NCBI GenBank assembly: GCA_043775075.1
Contig: JAYVSS010000019.1
Span: forward strand, 1-47,223
Direction of reading: 5' to 3'
DNA: 47,223 nucleotides
From: Acidimicrobiia bacterium
Lineage (GTDB): Bacteria; Actinomycetota; Acidimicrobiia; Acidimicrobiales; JANYDT01
Under the pieces are notes generated by a model that was given only the letters and a program-made list of their open reading frames with translations, searched no databases and was not told where the DNA came from. Shown piece by piece: positions 1 through 9,125 of the stretch (the first letter of the stretch is position 1; each line of letters opens with the position of its first letter). A program made the position numbers and the translations under genes.

Positions 1-1266
1 GATCACCACCACACCAAGCGACTTGAACTCAACGTGCTCGCCAATCAGCGCATGGGTTCCGATGAGAAAATCGACAGTGCCATTCCTTAGCGCGCTGAAC
101 AATTCACGACGCTCAGCTGCCTTGGTCCGATTCGTCAGCAGCTTCACCGTGATCGGCCTTTCCCCTGTGAGCGACCCTTCCTCCCCGACCGTAAGCGCAA
201 CCTTTTCCAAAAGCTCGCGTATGCCAATGAAGTGCTGTTCGGCCAGCACTTCGGTGGGCGCCATCAGTGCCGCTTGATGACCGTCCTGAATACCCATCAG
301 TGCAGCAGTAACCGCGACGAGGGTCTTCCCCGAACCCACGTCGCCCTGCAGGAGGCGATGCATCGGAAGCCGCGAAGACAGGTCGTGGGCAATCTCGTCG
401 TTCGCTCGACGCTGGGCACCGGTAAGCGGAAAGGGGAGCGACTCGTGGAAAGCCTGTACAAACGGACCGTGTCCAACCGTGGTCGCTCGAGAGTGAACAA
501 TCCCGACGGAATCACGTTCCACTGCGCGCTTACGAATAACCAGCACAAGCTGCAAGCGGAGCAATTCGTCGAACGCCAGTCGTTTGCGCGCCGCATATGT
601 TGCGCCGATGGCCTCAGGCTCGTGAATCTGGTGCATCGCCCAATCCCGGCCAACGAGATCGAGCGAGTCTTGAAACGACTCGGGGAGCGGATCGGCAAAG
701 GTGCCAGCTCGACGCAACGCTTCGGCCACCCAACCGCTCAGTTCGCCGGTCGTCAAACCCGACTTCTCCGATTGCGGATAGAGCGGAACGATCTTTCCGG
801 TCTTGTCGCCGCTCACCAGATCCACTACCGGATTGGTCATCCGGCGTTGGCCGTTGAACACGTCCATCTTGCCGAACATCGCTACTTCGGTACCGGCCGG
901 GAGTTGCTTCGCTCGCCATGGCTGGTTGAAGAACGTGGCCTTCATGTACCCCGAACCGTCGAACACATCGACTTCGACAAACGTCCGTCCCTGCCGGCTC
1001 CGGCGCGCCTCGCTGCGCTTCACCGTGGCCAGGACCAGCGCTTCGTCGCCGGGCATCATTTCCCGAATCGGCTTTTGCGCCGTGCGATCGATGTAACGGC
1101 GAGGAAAGGTCGTCAGGAGATCAAGAACCGTGTCTATCCCCTGCTCTCGTAAGGCGGCGAGTTTCTTGGCCCCAACTCCCTCGAGGCGGTCCACGCCGAT
1201 CGACGCGAGCGCCCGCAGGCGTCGCCCCTTCGCTCCCACTGGCCCACCACTGGCTCCCTCACTCAC
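1..1266 (-). CDS. recG: ATP-dependent DNA helicase RecG, N-terminal ~422 codons; 3' end runs off the left edge
   Basis: Hand translation of the reverse strand from GTG at 1266 gives VSEGASGGPVGAKGRRLRALASIGVDRLEGVGAKKLAALREQGIDTVLDLLTT. Walker A LQGDVGSGKTLVAVTAAL lies near 310-340. The frame ends at nt 1 with LIGEHVEFKSLGVVVI, just before the DEQH box. It is absent from the ORF track because it is edge-truncated. The rpmB/yloV/recG neighbourhood is the conserved one. Confidence 0.85.
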   Translation of the reverse strand, partial: MSEGASGGPVGAKGRRLRALASIGVDRLEGVGAKKLAALREQGIDTVLDLLTTFPRRYIDRTAQKPIREMMPGDEALVLATVKRSEARRSRQGRTFVEVDVFDGSGYMKATFFNQPWRAKQLPAGTEVAMFGKMDVFNGQRRMTNPVVDLVSGDKTGKIVPLYPQSEKSGLTTGELSGWVAEALRRAGTFADPLPESFQDSLDLVGRDWAMHQIHEPEAIGATYAARKRLAFDELLRLQLVLVIRKRAVERDSVGIVHSRATTVGHGPFVQAFHESLPFPLTGAQRRANDEIAHDLSSRLPMHRLLQGDVGSGKTLVAVTAALMGIQDGHQAALMAPTEVLAEQHFIGIRELLEKVALTVGEEGSLTGERPITVKLLTNRTKAAERRELFSALRNGTVDFLIGTHALIGEHVEFKSLGVVVI

Positions 1267-1340
1267 CCCACCGAGCGTAGGGCCGTCGCCACCCGTCGCC
1301 GAAGTGGTGGCCGACCAGGGTGGCCGGGGGTCGGCTGGTG

Positions 1341-1919
1341 CTAGGCGAGGCAGAGGCCGGTGACGACGGTTTCGACGCGCAATACGGCTCCGATACCCAT
1401 GCCGAGGACGAGGCCGACGCAGAGAACGGTGAGCACCGGTCGTTTTCGGCGATGGGGCACGGTCACCGCCAGGACGAGGCCGACGACGGCGGGAATCAAC
1501 AGCCAACTCAGTCCACGGTGCACGATTTGTTGGCCGCCCAGGCCATCGCCACACAGTTCGCTCGCTCGACGGGCAATCGGTGGCCGGACGAGCGCGAACC
1601 CTGCGGAAATCAAGGCCGTAAGCGCGCCTACGACCGCTACTGCCGCCTGCACATACTGGCGTCGGACCGCAACAAGATCTTCGGGCCGACGACCCGGACC
1701 GCCCGTCCGCCGCTCCCCCACCCGGCGAACAGTCTCTTTCGGGACGCGCATGTCCAACGCTCCATAAAAATTGTCCACCCCGACGAGCGGTACAACCGGA
1801 CGCTCATCAACATTCGCCTGCTCCTTGCGACCGCGCACCCAATCTGCATCGACAGCACGCCGGTTCTCGTTGATCAGATCGGCGACGAATGGGTCGAACG
1901 GCCCACGCCCTTGGCCCAC
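1341..1919 (-). CDS. hypothetical membrane protein (about 3 predicted TM helices in the C-terminal half)
   Basis: Lower part of track ORF 1341..2018. The 5' end of that ORF overlaps the yloV 3' end, so I trimmed it to the in-frame GTG at 1919, which has GGAG about 14 nt upstream. ATG at 1751 is an alternative start. Hydrophobic stretches: VQAAVAVVGALTALISAGFALV, LSWLLIPAVVGLVLAVTV, VLTVLCVGLVLGMGIGAVL. No family recognised. Confidence 0.5.
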   Translation of the reverse strand: MGQGRGPFDPFVADLINENRRAVDADWVRGRKEQANVDERPVVPLVGVDNFYGALDMRVPKETVRRVGERRTGGPGRRPEDLVAVRRQYVQAAVAVVGALTALISAGFALVRPPIARRASELCGDGLGGQQIVHRGLSWLLIPAVVGLVLAVTVPHRRKRPVLTVLCVGLVLGMGIGAVLRVETVVTGLCLA

Positions 1920-1930
1920 CCCCGTTGGAA

Positions 1931-3673
1931 TTACTCCACGCCGAAGAGGTAGGGATAGAGCGGCTGTCCGCCCTGATGGACTTCGGAGACGATGCCCGGA
2001 CGGTTGTCGGCGAGCCATTCGGTGATGACCCGAGTGACTCCGGCCGACGAACCGTCACCCTCAATCACCGTCACAATTTCGTGCCCCTCGGCCACAATTA
2101 CGCTCAGCATTCCGGTGCATGCGTCGGCCAGCTCTCGCTGGACCACAACGATTCCGCCAGCCCGAGTGAGACCCAGGTAATCGCCCTCAAAGATCGGCCC
2201 GGCGTCGGACGTGGAGTCACGAACGGCGACGGTAACTTCGCCGCTCACCACGCTTGCCGCGGCCGCTCGCATCGACGCAGTGTTTTCCTCAACGGTGCCT
2301 TGCGGGTCGTACTGCATGGCCGCCGCCAGGCCCTCAGTGATGCCCCGCGTGCCAATTACGCGGACAGCCTTCTTCGTAAGTGCACTTATCTGCTCGGCCA
2401 CCGGGATGATGTTCTTATTGTTCGGCAGGATAACTACTGACGGGGCCGGGCATCCTTCGACCGCCTCAAGAAGCTGCGCCGTGGAAGGGTTCATTGACTG
2501 CCCACCGGTGACCACCCGCTGCACGCCGAGGGATAGAAACAGGCGGCGAACACCGTCCCCACTGGCGACCACAACGACCGCGGTTTCGCACGGATCATTC
2601 ACGTGCGGAGGCTCATCGACGATCGACGCCCCGGTCGCCTCACGCACCCACCTTTCCTCCTCCACTTCCTCCTGCAAATCGGTGACCCGAATCTTGCGGG
2701 GCCGACCGATATCGAGGGCGACCTCGATGGCTGCGCCGACATCGTCGGTGTGGATATGGCAGTTCCACAGACCCTCGCCGCCGACAACAACAATCGAGTC
2801 GCCAATCGCTGCCCACGCGTTCTTGAAACCGCCAATTGACTCGTCTGGAGCCGCGAGGAAATACATCACTTCATACCGGAGTTCCGCAACGCCTTTGGTC
2901 CCATCGCCGTGTCGGCCCGACGCATCGTCGGCCAGCGGGTCCGGCGGCAAATCGGTGCCGGGGGCCTCGACCGTGGGAATGGGACGCCCATCGAGATGAT
3001 GGAGCAATGCATCGAGAAGGACGAGGTACCCCGTGCCACCGGAGTCGACGACGCCTGCGGCCTTGAGAACGGGGAGCAAGTCCGGAGTTTGCGCCAGGGC
3101 CGCCGCCGCTCCCCGACGGGCCGCCTCGGCCACTTCGAGCAGGGTGGCGTGGGGGCCAGCGACCTCGGCCGCCGCCTCGGCGGCGACGCGGGCCACGGTG
3201 AGGATGGTTCCCTCGATCGGCTTCATGACCGCCCCGTAGGCACCGGCCGATGCCGCAGTGAGGGCGGCCGACAGAACCGAGCCGTCGACGCCATCATGGC
3301 CGCGGCACTCAGTCGTCAGCCCCCGCAGAATCTGGCAGAGGATCACCCCGGAATTCCCTCGAGCCCCCATGAGCGAGCCGTGGGCGATGGCCTGACACAC
3401 GCTCACCATCGATGGGCCCCCGCTCAGCGTGTCGATCGCCGCCAACTCGGCGACGACGGCCTCGGTCGTCAACGCCATGTTCGTCCCGGTATCGCCATCG
3501 GGAACGGGATACACGTTCAGTCGGTTCATCGCCGCCTGGTTCGTTCGGAGCCCATCGCGAAACGCCGCGATCCAGCCGATTAGGTCTAGGGGTCCGAGAC
3601 GGCCTGATGTTCCCGGCTGGTCGCGGGTCGCCGGAGCGATCGTCGACGGCCCAGGAGTTTCGGTTGCAGACAT
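1931..3673 (-). CDS. DAK2 domain-containing protein, YloV family
   Basis: Track ORF 1931..3727. The N-terminal DAK2 signature reads LNVYPVPDGDTGTNMALT, and the length fits the long YloV type. It sits between rpmB (divergent) and recG as in many Gram-positives. ATG at 3673 is preferred (MSATETPG); GTG at 3727 is possible. Confidence 0.88.
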   Translation of the reverse strand: MSATETPGPSTIAPATRDQPGTSGRLGPLDLIGWIAAFRDGLRTNQAAMNRLNVYPVPDGDTGTNMALTTEAVVAELAAIDTLSGGPSMVSVCQAIAHGSLMGARGNSGVILCQILRGLTTECRGHDGVDGSVLSAALTAASAGAYGAVMKPIEGTILTVARVAAEAAAEVAGPHATLLEVAEAARRGAAAALAQTPDLLPVLKAAGVVDSGGTGYLVLLDALLHHLDGRPIPTVEAPGTDLPPDPLADDASGRHGDGTKGVAELRYEVMYFLAAPDESIGGFKNAWAAIGDSIVVVGGEGLWNCHIHTDDVGAAIEVALDIGRPRKIRVTDLQEEVEEERWVREATGASIVDEPPHVNDPCETAVVVVASGDGVRRLFLSLGVQRVVTGGQSMNPSTAQLLEAVEGCPAPSVVILPNNKNIIPVAEQISALTKKAVRVIGTRGITEGLAAAMQYDPQGTVEENTASMRAAAASVVSGEVTVAVRDSTSDAGPIFEGDYLGLTRAGGIVVVQRELADACTGMLSVIVAEGHEIVTVIEGDGSSAGVTRVITEWLADNRPGIVSEVHQGGQPLYPYLFGVE

Positions 3674-3874
3674 GGGTGAAGAATTGTACCGGCGGGGGCC
3701 ACCGACAACACGGAGTGGACCCGGCACCCCCCGGAACCGTGCCGCGACGCCGGGCTGGTAAGGTATTCCGCTCGCTTAAAGACGTGTTCGTCCAAGTGCG
3801 TAGAAGTTCGGCGCTTCGCTGTTTGGCGAAGCCTCTGTGTTCGCCCGTTTTCGAAGGAATCGTCAGGAATCGTC

Positions 3875-4084
3875 ATGGCCTCGGTATGTGAGATCTGCAA
3901 CAAAAAGCCGTCGTTCGGTATGAGCGTCAGCCATTCGCACGTCCGGACGAAGCGCCGCTGGAACCCGAATATCCAACGTGTTCGCGTCGTCGTTGGCGGC
4001 GGCGTCAAGCGAGTAGACGTCTGCACCGGCTGCCTACGCGCCGGCAAGATCGTCAAAGCCGCCCACACCCCTGCCGCGAAATAG
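3875..4084 (+). CDS. rpmB: 50S ribosomal protein L28 (Cys-containing form)
   Basis: 69 aa: [38 protein letters not shown]... This is the typical L28 core. CxxC at residues 5-8 and CTGC near the C-terminus mark the zinc-ribbon type. Confidence 0.95.
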   Translation: MASVCEICNKKPSFGMSVSHSHVRTKRRWNPNIQRVRVVVGGGVKRVDVCTGCLRAGKIVKAAHTPAAK

Positions 4085-4158
4085 CCCCACGGTCAGCGTT
4101 CCACGCTGACCCAGTCGCACTGTTACCCGCCTGGCAGGTGGGTCGCCGTAGCCAAGCC

Positions 4159-4195
4159 ACGAGACGCTCCCACCTCCCAGGGGCGTCTCGTTTCG
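4159..4195 (+). terminator. hairpin plus short T-run downstream of rpmB; third of three consecutive hairpins
   Basis: ACGAGACGC (4159-4167) pairs with GCGTCTCGT (4183-4191) around a C-rich loop TCCCACCTCCCAGG, followed by TTTCG. Two further hairpins lie upstream at 4091-4111 (GGTCAGCG/CGCTGACC) and 4125-4143 (ACCCGCC/GGTGGGT). Confidence 0.5.
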
Positions 4196-4223
4196 CGTCG
4201 GGGTTGGTTCGTTCGCGTCGGAT

Positions 4224-4273
4224 GGTTTGGGCCCACTCCGATCCGGGAGGTTTGGGCCCGCTCCGATCCGGGT
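4224..4273. repeat. 25-bp direct tandem repeat, two copies
   Basis: GGTTTGGGCCCACTCCGATCCGGGA (4224-4248) is followed immediately by GGTTTGGGCCCGCTCCGATCCGGGT (4249-4273); 23 of 25 positions are identical. Confidence 0.85.
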
Positions 4274-4480
4274 AGTCCCAACCGGGTCGGGAAGCTGCGT
4301 GGGCCATTTATCCTGCCAGCAACCAGCTGGTGCGATGAGGTATCTGTTCTACAGATGGAAAATGAGATTTACTTCACTAGAATTGATATTGGCCGACGCT
4401 TCCGTCAGACTCGTCCATCCGGATCCCTCCGGTAAACTGCTCGCCTCACCCAACCGTGCTTTTTGAGGAGGCGCATTTTC

Positions 4481-4708
4481 ATGCAGGGCGTTGTGAAGTC
4501 CTTTGATCCCGTTAGTCGCCAGGGTGTCATCCTGCGCGATAATCCGGAACGGACGGAATACGACCTCGCCGAAGATGCGCTCCACGGGTCCATCTTTCGC
4601 ATGCTTCGTCAAGGTCAGCGCGTCGTCTTCGGCGTCAATGACCAAGGCTTAGCGGCCAAAGTCGGCCTCGGCTCAGAACTCGATATGGGTACACCCGGCT
4701 TCGACTGA
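4481..4708 (+). CDS. small cold-shock-domain-like protein
   Basis: ATG at 4481 is preceded by GAGGAGG 8 nt upstream. MQGVVKSFDPVSRQGVILRD...LRQGQRVVFGV follows the CSD-like pattern G-x-VK-x-FD...GQ-x-V-x-F. An AT-rich stretch (4340-4395) about 100 nt upstream could hold the promoter of a long 5' UTR. Confidence 0.65.
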   Translation: MQGVVKSFDPVSRQGVILRDNPERTEYDLAEDALHGSIFRMLRQGQRVVFGVNDQGLAAKVGLGSELDMGTPGFD

Positions 4709-4840
4709 TCTCACGAACAGCGCTTTCTCTTCGCGAGGGGGCGTCAACGTGATCGGCGTCGGTTGAGACAAAGCGAGCGCACTTCGTTTTCGAGGCACGG
4801 CACTTTCGGCCGTCCCTCGATGAATCCCCAGGAGCGCCTC

Positions 4841-6652
4841 ATGACCACGATTACTGCTGCCCCCACGACGAACGCCACCCTGCTGGCATGGGTAGCAAGC
4901 GTGGCGGCGCTGAGCAAGCCAGACCGCATCGAATGGTGCGACGGTTCAGCCGAGGAATACGACCGGCTCTGTCAACTCCTCGTGGACAACGGGACGTTCA
5001 CCAAACTCGACGAAGCGAAACGCCCCAACAGCTACCTGGCCACCAGCGACCCGGGCGACGTCGCCCGCGTGGAGGACCGCACTTTCATCTGTTCGGTCAA
5101 CGAGTCCGACGCCGGGGCGACGAACAACTGGCGTGATCCCATCGCCATGAAGGCCACGCTGACCAGCTTGTTTGATGGCTGCATGGCGGGACGCACGATG
5201 TACGTTGTGCCGTTCTCGATGGGCCCCGTCGGCTCACCAATCGCCCACATTGGTGTTGAGCTGACCGACTCACCGTACGTCGTCGTGTCAATGCGCATAA
5301 TGACCCGGATGGGTCGGCGCGTGCTGGAAACCCTCGCCGACGGACCGTTTGTCCCCTGTCTGCACTCCGTCGGGATGCCCCTCGTCGCCGGTCAGGCCGA
5401 CGTGAAGTGGCCGTGCAACGCCGACAACAAATACATTTGCCACTTCCCCGAGACTCGGGAGATCTGGTCGTTCGGCTCAGGGTACGGCGGCAACGCGTTA
5501 CTGGGAAAGAAGTGTTTCGCCCTGCGGATTGCGTCCGTCATGGCTCGAGACGACAACTGGATGGCCGAGCACATGCTCATCCTCGGCATCACCTCGCCCG
5601 CGGGCAACAAGCATTACGTGGCCGCCGGATTTCCTTCGGCCTGCGGGAAGACCAACCTGGCCATGCTTGTCCCGACCATTCCCGGCTGGAAGGTCGAGAC
5701 CGTCGGCGACGACATCTGCTGGATGAAGTTCGGCGCTGACGGCCGGCTCTATGCCATCAATCCTGAGGCCGGTTTCTTCGGCGTGGCCCCCGGAACAGGC
5801 GAGGAGACCAACCCCAACGCGATGGCCTCGCTGACCGGGAACGCCATCTATACCAACGTCGCGCTCACCGAGGGCGGCGACGTGTGGTGGGAAGGCATGA
5901 CCGCCATCACCCCGGCCCGGCTCACGGATTGGAAGGGCAAGTCATGGACCCCGGAGTCCGGCACGCCAGCCGCCCATCCGAACGCCCGCTTCACCGTGTC
6001 GGCGGCGCAGTGCCCGTCGATCTCCCCGGAATGGGAGGACCCCGCCGGCGTGCCGATCTCGGCCATTTTGTTCGGCGGACGGCGCGCTTCCACCGTGCCG
6101 TTGGTGACTGAATCGCTCTCGTGGGAGCACGGGGTGTTCATGGGCGCCACCATTGCCTCCGAGACCACGGCCGCGGCCTCTGGTGTCGTCGGCAACCTCC
6201 GTTTTGATCCGTTCGCCATGCTGCCGTTCTGCGGGTACAACATGGCCGACTATGTGGGTCATTGGCTGTCAATTGGTGAGTCCACCGATAGGTCGAAATT
6301 GCCTCGAATCTACGGTGTGAACTGGTTCCGCAAGGACGCCAACGGCAAGTTCGTGTGGCCGGGATATGGCGAAAACAGTCGGGTCCTGAAGTGGATCATC
6401 GAGCGTCTGGAGGGTACCGCCTCGGCCGTGGCCACACCGGTGGGAAACCTGCCGTTGGCGGGGTCGTTAGACGTGAACGGGCTATCACTTTCCACCGAGC
6501 AGCTCGAGGCGGCGTTGCGGGTCGACGCCATGGAGTGGCTCAACGAGCTTCCGAAGGTGGAGGAGCATTTCGCCAAGTTGGGCGACCATCTCCCCGAGGA
6601 AATGTTCGCCCAGCTCGCCGCTCTCCGCCAGCGCCTCACTGCGGCGGTGTAG
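4841..6652 (+). CDS. pckG: phosphoenolpyruvate carboxykinase (GTP)
   Basis: Track ORF 4763..6652. Family-typical blocks include [25 protein letters not shown] and WMKFG. ATG at 4841 has AGGAG 7 nt upstream. Confidence 0.95.
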   Translation: MTTITAAPTTNATLLAWVASVAALSKPDRIEWCDGSAEEYDRLCQLLVDNGTFTKLDEAKRPNSYLATSDPGDVARVEDRTFICSVNESDAGATNNWRDPIAMKATLTSLFDGCMAGRTMYVVPFSMGPVGSPIAHIGVELTDSPYVVVSMRIMTRMGRRVLETLADGPFVPCLHSVGMPLVAGQADVKWPCNADNKYICHFPETREIWSFGSGYGGNALLGKKCFALRIASVMARDDNWMAEHMLILGITSPAGNKHYVAAGFPSACGKTNLAMLVPTIPGWKVETVGDDICWMKFGADGRLYAINPEAGFFGVAPGTGEETNPNAMASLTGNAIYTNVALTEGGDVWWEGMTAITPARLTDWKGKSWTPESGTPAAHPNARFTVSAAQCPSISPEWEDPAGVPISAILFGGRRASTVPLVTESLSWEHGVFMGATIASETTAAASGVVGNLRFDPFAMLPFCGYNMADYVGHWLSIGESTDRSKLPRIYGVNWFRKDANGKFVWPGYGENSRVLKWIIERLEGTASAVATPVGNLPLAGSLDVNGLSLSTEQLEAALRVDAMEWLNELPKVEEHFAKLGDHLPEEMFAQLAALRQRLTAAV

Positions 6653-6704
6653 TCGGTTCGGCGATGCCGTTGCCGGGGCGCACAAGCGTTCCGATTCCGG
6701 GTCC

Positions 6705-6807
6705 CGCGCCCATGTCGCTGCTAAATCGCGTCCAAATCGACAGTTTTTGCGCTTCTGAAGCACAAAAACGGGCGACTTGGACGCGCAATTTCACCGAATT
6801 GGACGCG
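6705..6807. repeat. left copy of the nested inverted-repeat element (9-mer boxes CGCGTCCAA / TTGGACGCG)
   Basis: Boxes: 6705-6713 (degenerate CGCGCCCAT), 6727-6735 CGCGTCCAA, 6777-6785 TTGGACGCG, 6799-6807 TTGGACGCG. Spacers are 13/41/13 nt. The 41-nt centre itself contains the near-palindrome TTTTTGCGCTTC/GAAGCACAAAAA. Confidence 0.7.
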
Positions 6808-7854
6808 GAACGATGAGCTTGTTTCCGGTCTGACGTGCTCGGGGCCGGGGGACCAATAGGCCCGGTGGGCGTCCCACGGCGCGTTGGTACGCCCCCTCGA
6901 CTGCGCGGCGGGTTTTGGTCGGCGAAAACTCGACCTGATTCGGAGTGACCGTCACCCAGTGATACCCGAGGGCGTCGTAAGTGGACTGACGCTCGTGGTC
7001 CTCGTCAAACGCGTCGGCGTGAAATTCCCGACTGTCGAGTTCCATCAGGAGTCCCAACTCCGGTCTCATAACGAGGGGACGTCGACGTCGGAGAAACGGG
7101 AAAACAAAGTCGGCCCGGCGGACGATTCGGCCGGTGGTCCCGATAATCGGGACCTGCCTCCAGACGGGCCAGCCGAGCAAACGAATCCACTGCGCGGTTC
7201 GCGTCTCCCCGAAGCTTTCCGTGGGAGGAACACTTCCTCGGAGGGCAATGATCGAACGGAGCATCTTGTCGCCGGGCAGGCATCCGCCTTGAAAACGGAG
7301 GTCATCCCAGGATAGAAGCCGAAGTCTGAGGAGATGCTCGAGAGCGAGTTCGACCCGGTCGTGCGGCGCGACGCGATCATGCTTTTGCGCCCGCTCAAGC
7401 ACCCGGAGATCGTTACCGAGGTGACGGAGAACCACCAACGCGCCGGCCACGGCAACACCATTCACGTCCGACGGAGGGGACCAGCGACGGGTTCGCACCA
7501 GTCCCGGTTCCACCGGGCCACTTCGCGACGTGGCCCAACGCATCGGCCAGATCAACCCGCGGAATCCGTCAAGGCCGAGCAATGCTGCGGCGTACGGGCC
7601 AGTCAAGGCAGGTTCGTGGCGGCGCATGGCGACCATCCCTTGTTCGGTGGAAAAACGTGGTTCCGGGGAAGGGATTTCACCGAAGATCGTTTCATCGATA
7701 GGTACTCATCGACGAACAAACGACGCAGCGACCGCTCCGGAGCGCCGCCGGCAAGCTCGCAAGAATAAATCGCGTCCAAGTCGCCGGATTCCCGCGTCCA
7801 ATTCGCCGGATTTGCCGTCGATTTGTCGTGCTCTTCGCCTATTTGGACGCGCAA
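6791..7854 (-). pseudogene. DUF559 / Vsr-fold endonuclease-like protein with AbiEi-like N-terminal region, probably frameshifted (main intact ORF 6791..7636)
   Basis: The main ORF (281 aa) has the DUF559-type C-terminus ESFGETRTAQWIRLLGWPVWRQVPI...RRADFVFP...LMELDSREFH. An upstream overlapping ORF in another frame (7603..7854) encodes ...SCELAGGAPERSLRRLFVDEYL, which resembles the HTH N-terminus these proteins usually carry. That pattern suggests a frameshift near 7640-7700. Alternatively 6791..7636 is a functional shorter CDS. Confidence 0.45.
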
Positions 7855-7873
7855 CTGCCCGGACTTGGACGCG
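7771..7873. repeat. right copy of the nested inverted-repeat element
   Basis: CGCGTCCAA at 7771-7779 and 7793-7801; TTGGACGCG at 7843-7851 and 7865-7873. Spacers are 13/41/13 nt, identical to the left copy. AAATCGCGTCCAA(A/G)TCG is shared with 6724-6740, and TTGGACGCGCAA with 6777-6788. Confidence 0.75.
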
Positions 7874-7965
7874 ATTGCGTCCCGAGATCGGTCCCAATCC
7901 TCGCCCTCAAGCGATGTTCACATGGCCCATCTGACCCGAGGGTCCCGCCAAGTAACCTGGGTGTT

Positions 7966-8991
7966 GTGCCTGCCGCAAATCGCTATATCGTTCCGAATGA
8001 ACTTGACGGGATGCGGCTCGACAAGGCGTTGCGTCTCCTCGTTGAGGGGCTCGCCAAAAATGATGCCTCGATGCTCATTGGACGCAAACGCGTTCGAGTG
8101 AACAACCGCCCGGTCACCTTCGATTCGTGGGAGGTGCGGACCGGATACATCATCGAGATCGCCGGCACCATCTCCACCTCGGCGAACGCACACGTGTTTG
8201 ATCCGAGCTGGATCTTGGCCGACGACGGATTGCTACTCGCCATCAACAAACCGAGCGGTTTACGACCGGAAGAACGCGGCGTAGTGGACCGAGACAACCT
8301 CGTGACCCTTCTCACTGAGCATCTCGGTCAGGTCGTGGTGCCCGTCCATCGAATTGATCGGGACACCTCGGGCGTCATGTTGCTCGTCCGCAAAAGCGCT
8401 CCGAGACAGCTTCGCTCCGAACTGGACTATGCGTTCAAAGAGCATGAGGTCAACAAGCGCTATCTCGCCGTGATTGCTCGCCCAAATTCCATCAAGGCCG
8501 GACGTATGGTCGATCTGTTGGGCCAGGACCGTGAGCATCGCGATCGGATGACGGTCGTCGACCGCAACGGTGACCGGGCCGAAACGATTGTCGAGGTGGG
8601 CGACGCGAACAACAAACGCCAGCAGCTCCACCTGATCCCTATTACCGGACGCACCCATCAACTTCGTGTGCAGCTGGCGTGGCGCCACGCCCCGATTTTG
8701 GGCGACCGACTCTATGGCTCCAAGGCCGTGTCCCAAGCGGCGTCACGTCTGTTGCTCCACGCCGAGCGGCTGGAGATTCCGCCGATCGGTGGGCACGACG
8801 TCCGCGTGTTCGAGGCCCCGATACCACGTGAGCTTACGATCATCGCCAACCCCGAACCGGAAAGTGCCGCAGTGGCCGACGCCGGTCCGGACGGCACTCC
8901 TCGCCCCGCCAAGGTGAGTCGCCCAAACACCCCAAAGCAGCCACGAGAAACAAAACGCGCAGCCGGAGAAAAGGCCGCCCGCAAACGCTAA
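7966..8991 (+). CDS. RluA-family pseudouridine synthase (RluD-like, S4 domain plus catalytic domain) with basic Pro/Lys-rich tail
   Basis: Track ORF 7828..8991. The catalytic motif is VHRIDRDTSGVMLL, and GRTHQLRVQL is also present. The 5' end of the track ORF lies inside the repeat element, so I prefer the in-frame GTG at 7966 (VPAANRYIVPNELDGMRLDKAL); ATG at 8011 is an alternative. Confidence 0.85.
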   Translation: MPAANRYIVPNELDGMRLDKALRLLVEGLAKNDASMLIGRKRVRVNNRPVTFDSWEVRTGYIIEIAGTISTSANAHVFDPSWILADDGLLLAINKPSGLRPEERGVVDRDNLVTLLTEHLGQVVVPVHRIDRDTSGVMLLVRKSAPRQLRSELDYAFKEHEVNKRYLAVIARPNSIKAGRMVDLLGQDREHRDRMTVVDRNGDRAETIVEVGDANNKRQQLHLIPITGRTHQLRVQLAWRHAPILGDRLYGSKAVSQAASRLLLHAERLEIPPIGGHDVRVFEAPIPRELTIIANPEPESAAVADAGPDGTPRPAKVSRPNTPKQPRETKRAAGEKAARKR

Positions 8992-9125
8992 GAAGACGAG
9001 CCCATAGGCGAGACGACCAGTAGACACAGCAAAATAGACCGGCCAGCTTGCTGGCCGTCAAGACGATCGACGCAAGAAACGTTGACCGATCGGCGCGGGC
9101 TCTAAGCGCGCTTTCTTTCTGCCCG

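Noticed and set aside
232-1152. 306-aa plus-strand ORF at the left edge
   Set aside because: It is antisense to recG. The minus strand shows clear RecG motifs (LQGDVGSGKT and the N-terminal wedge region), whereas this translation is Arg/His/Leu-rich with no family features. This is a typical high-GC shadow ORF.
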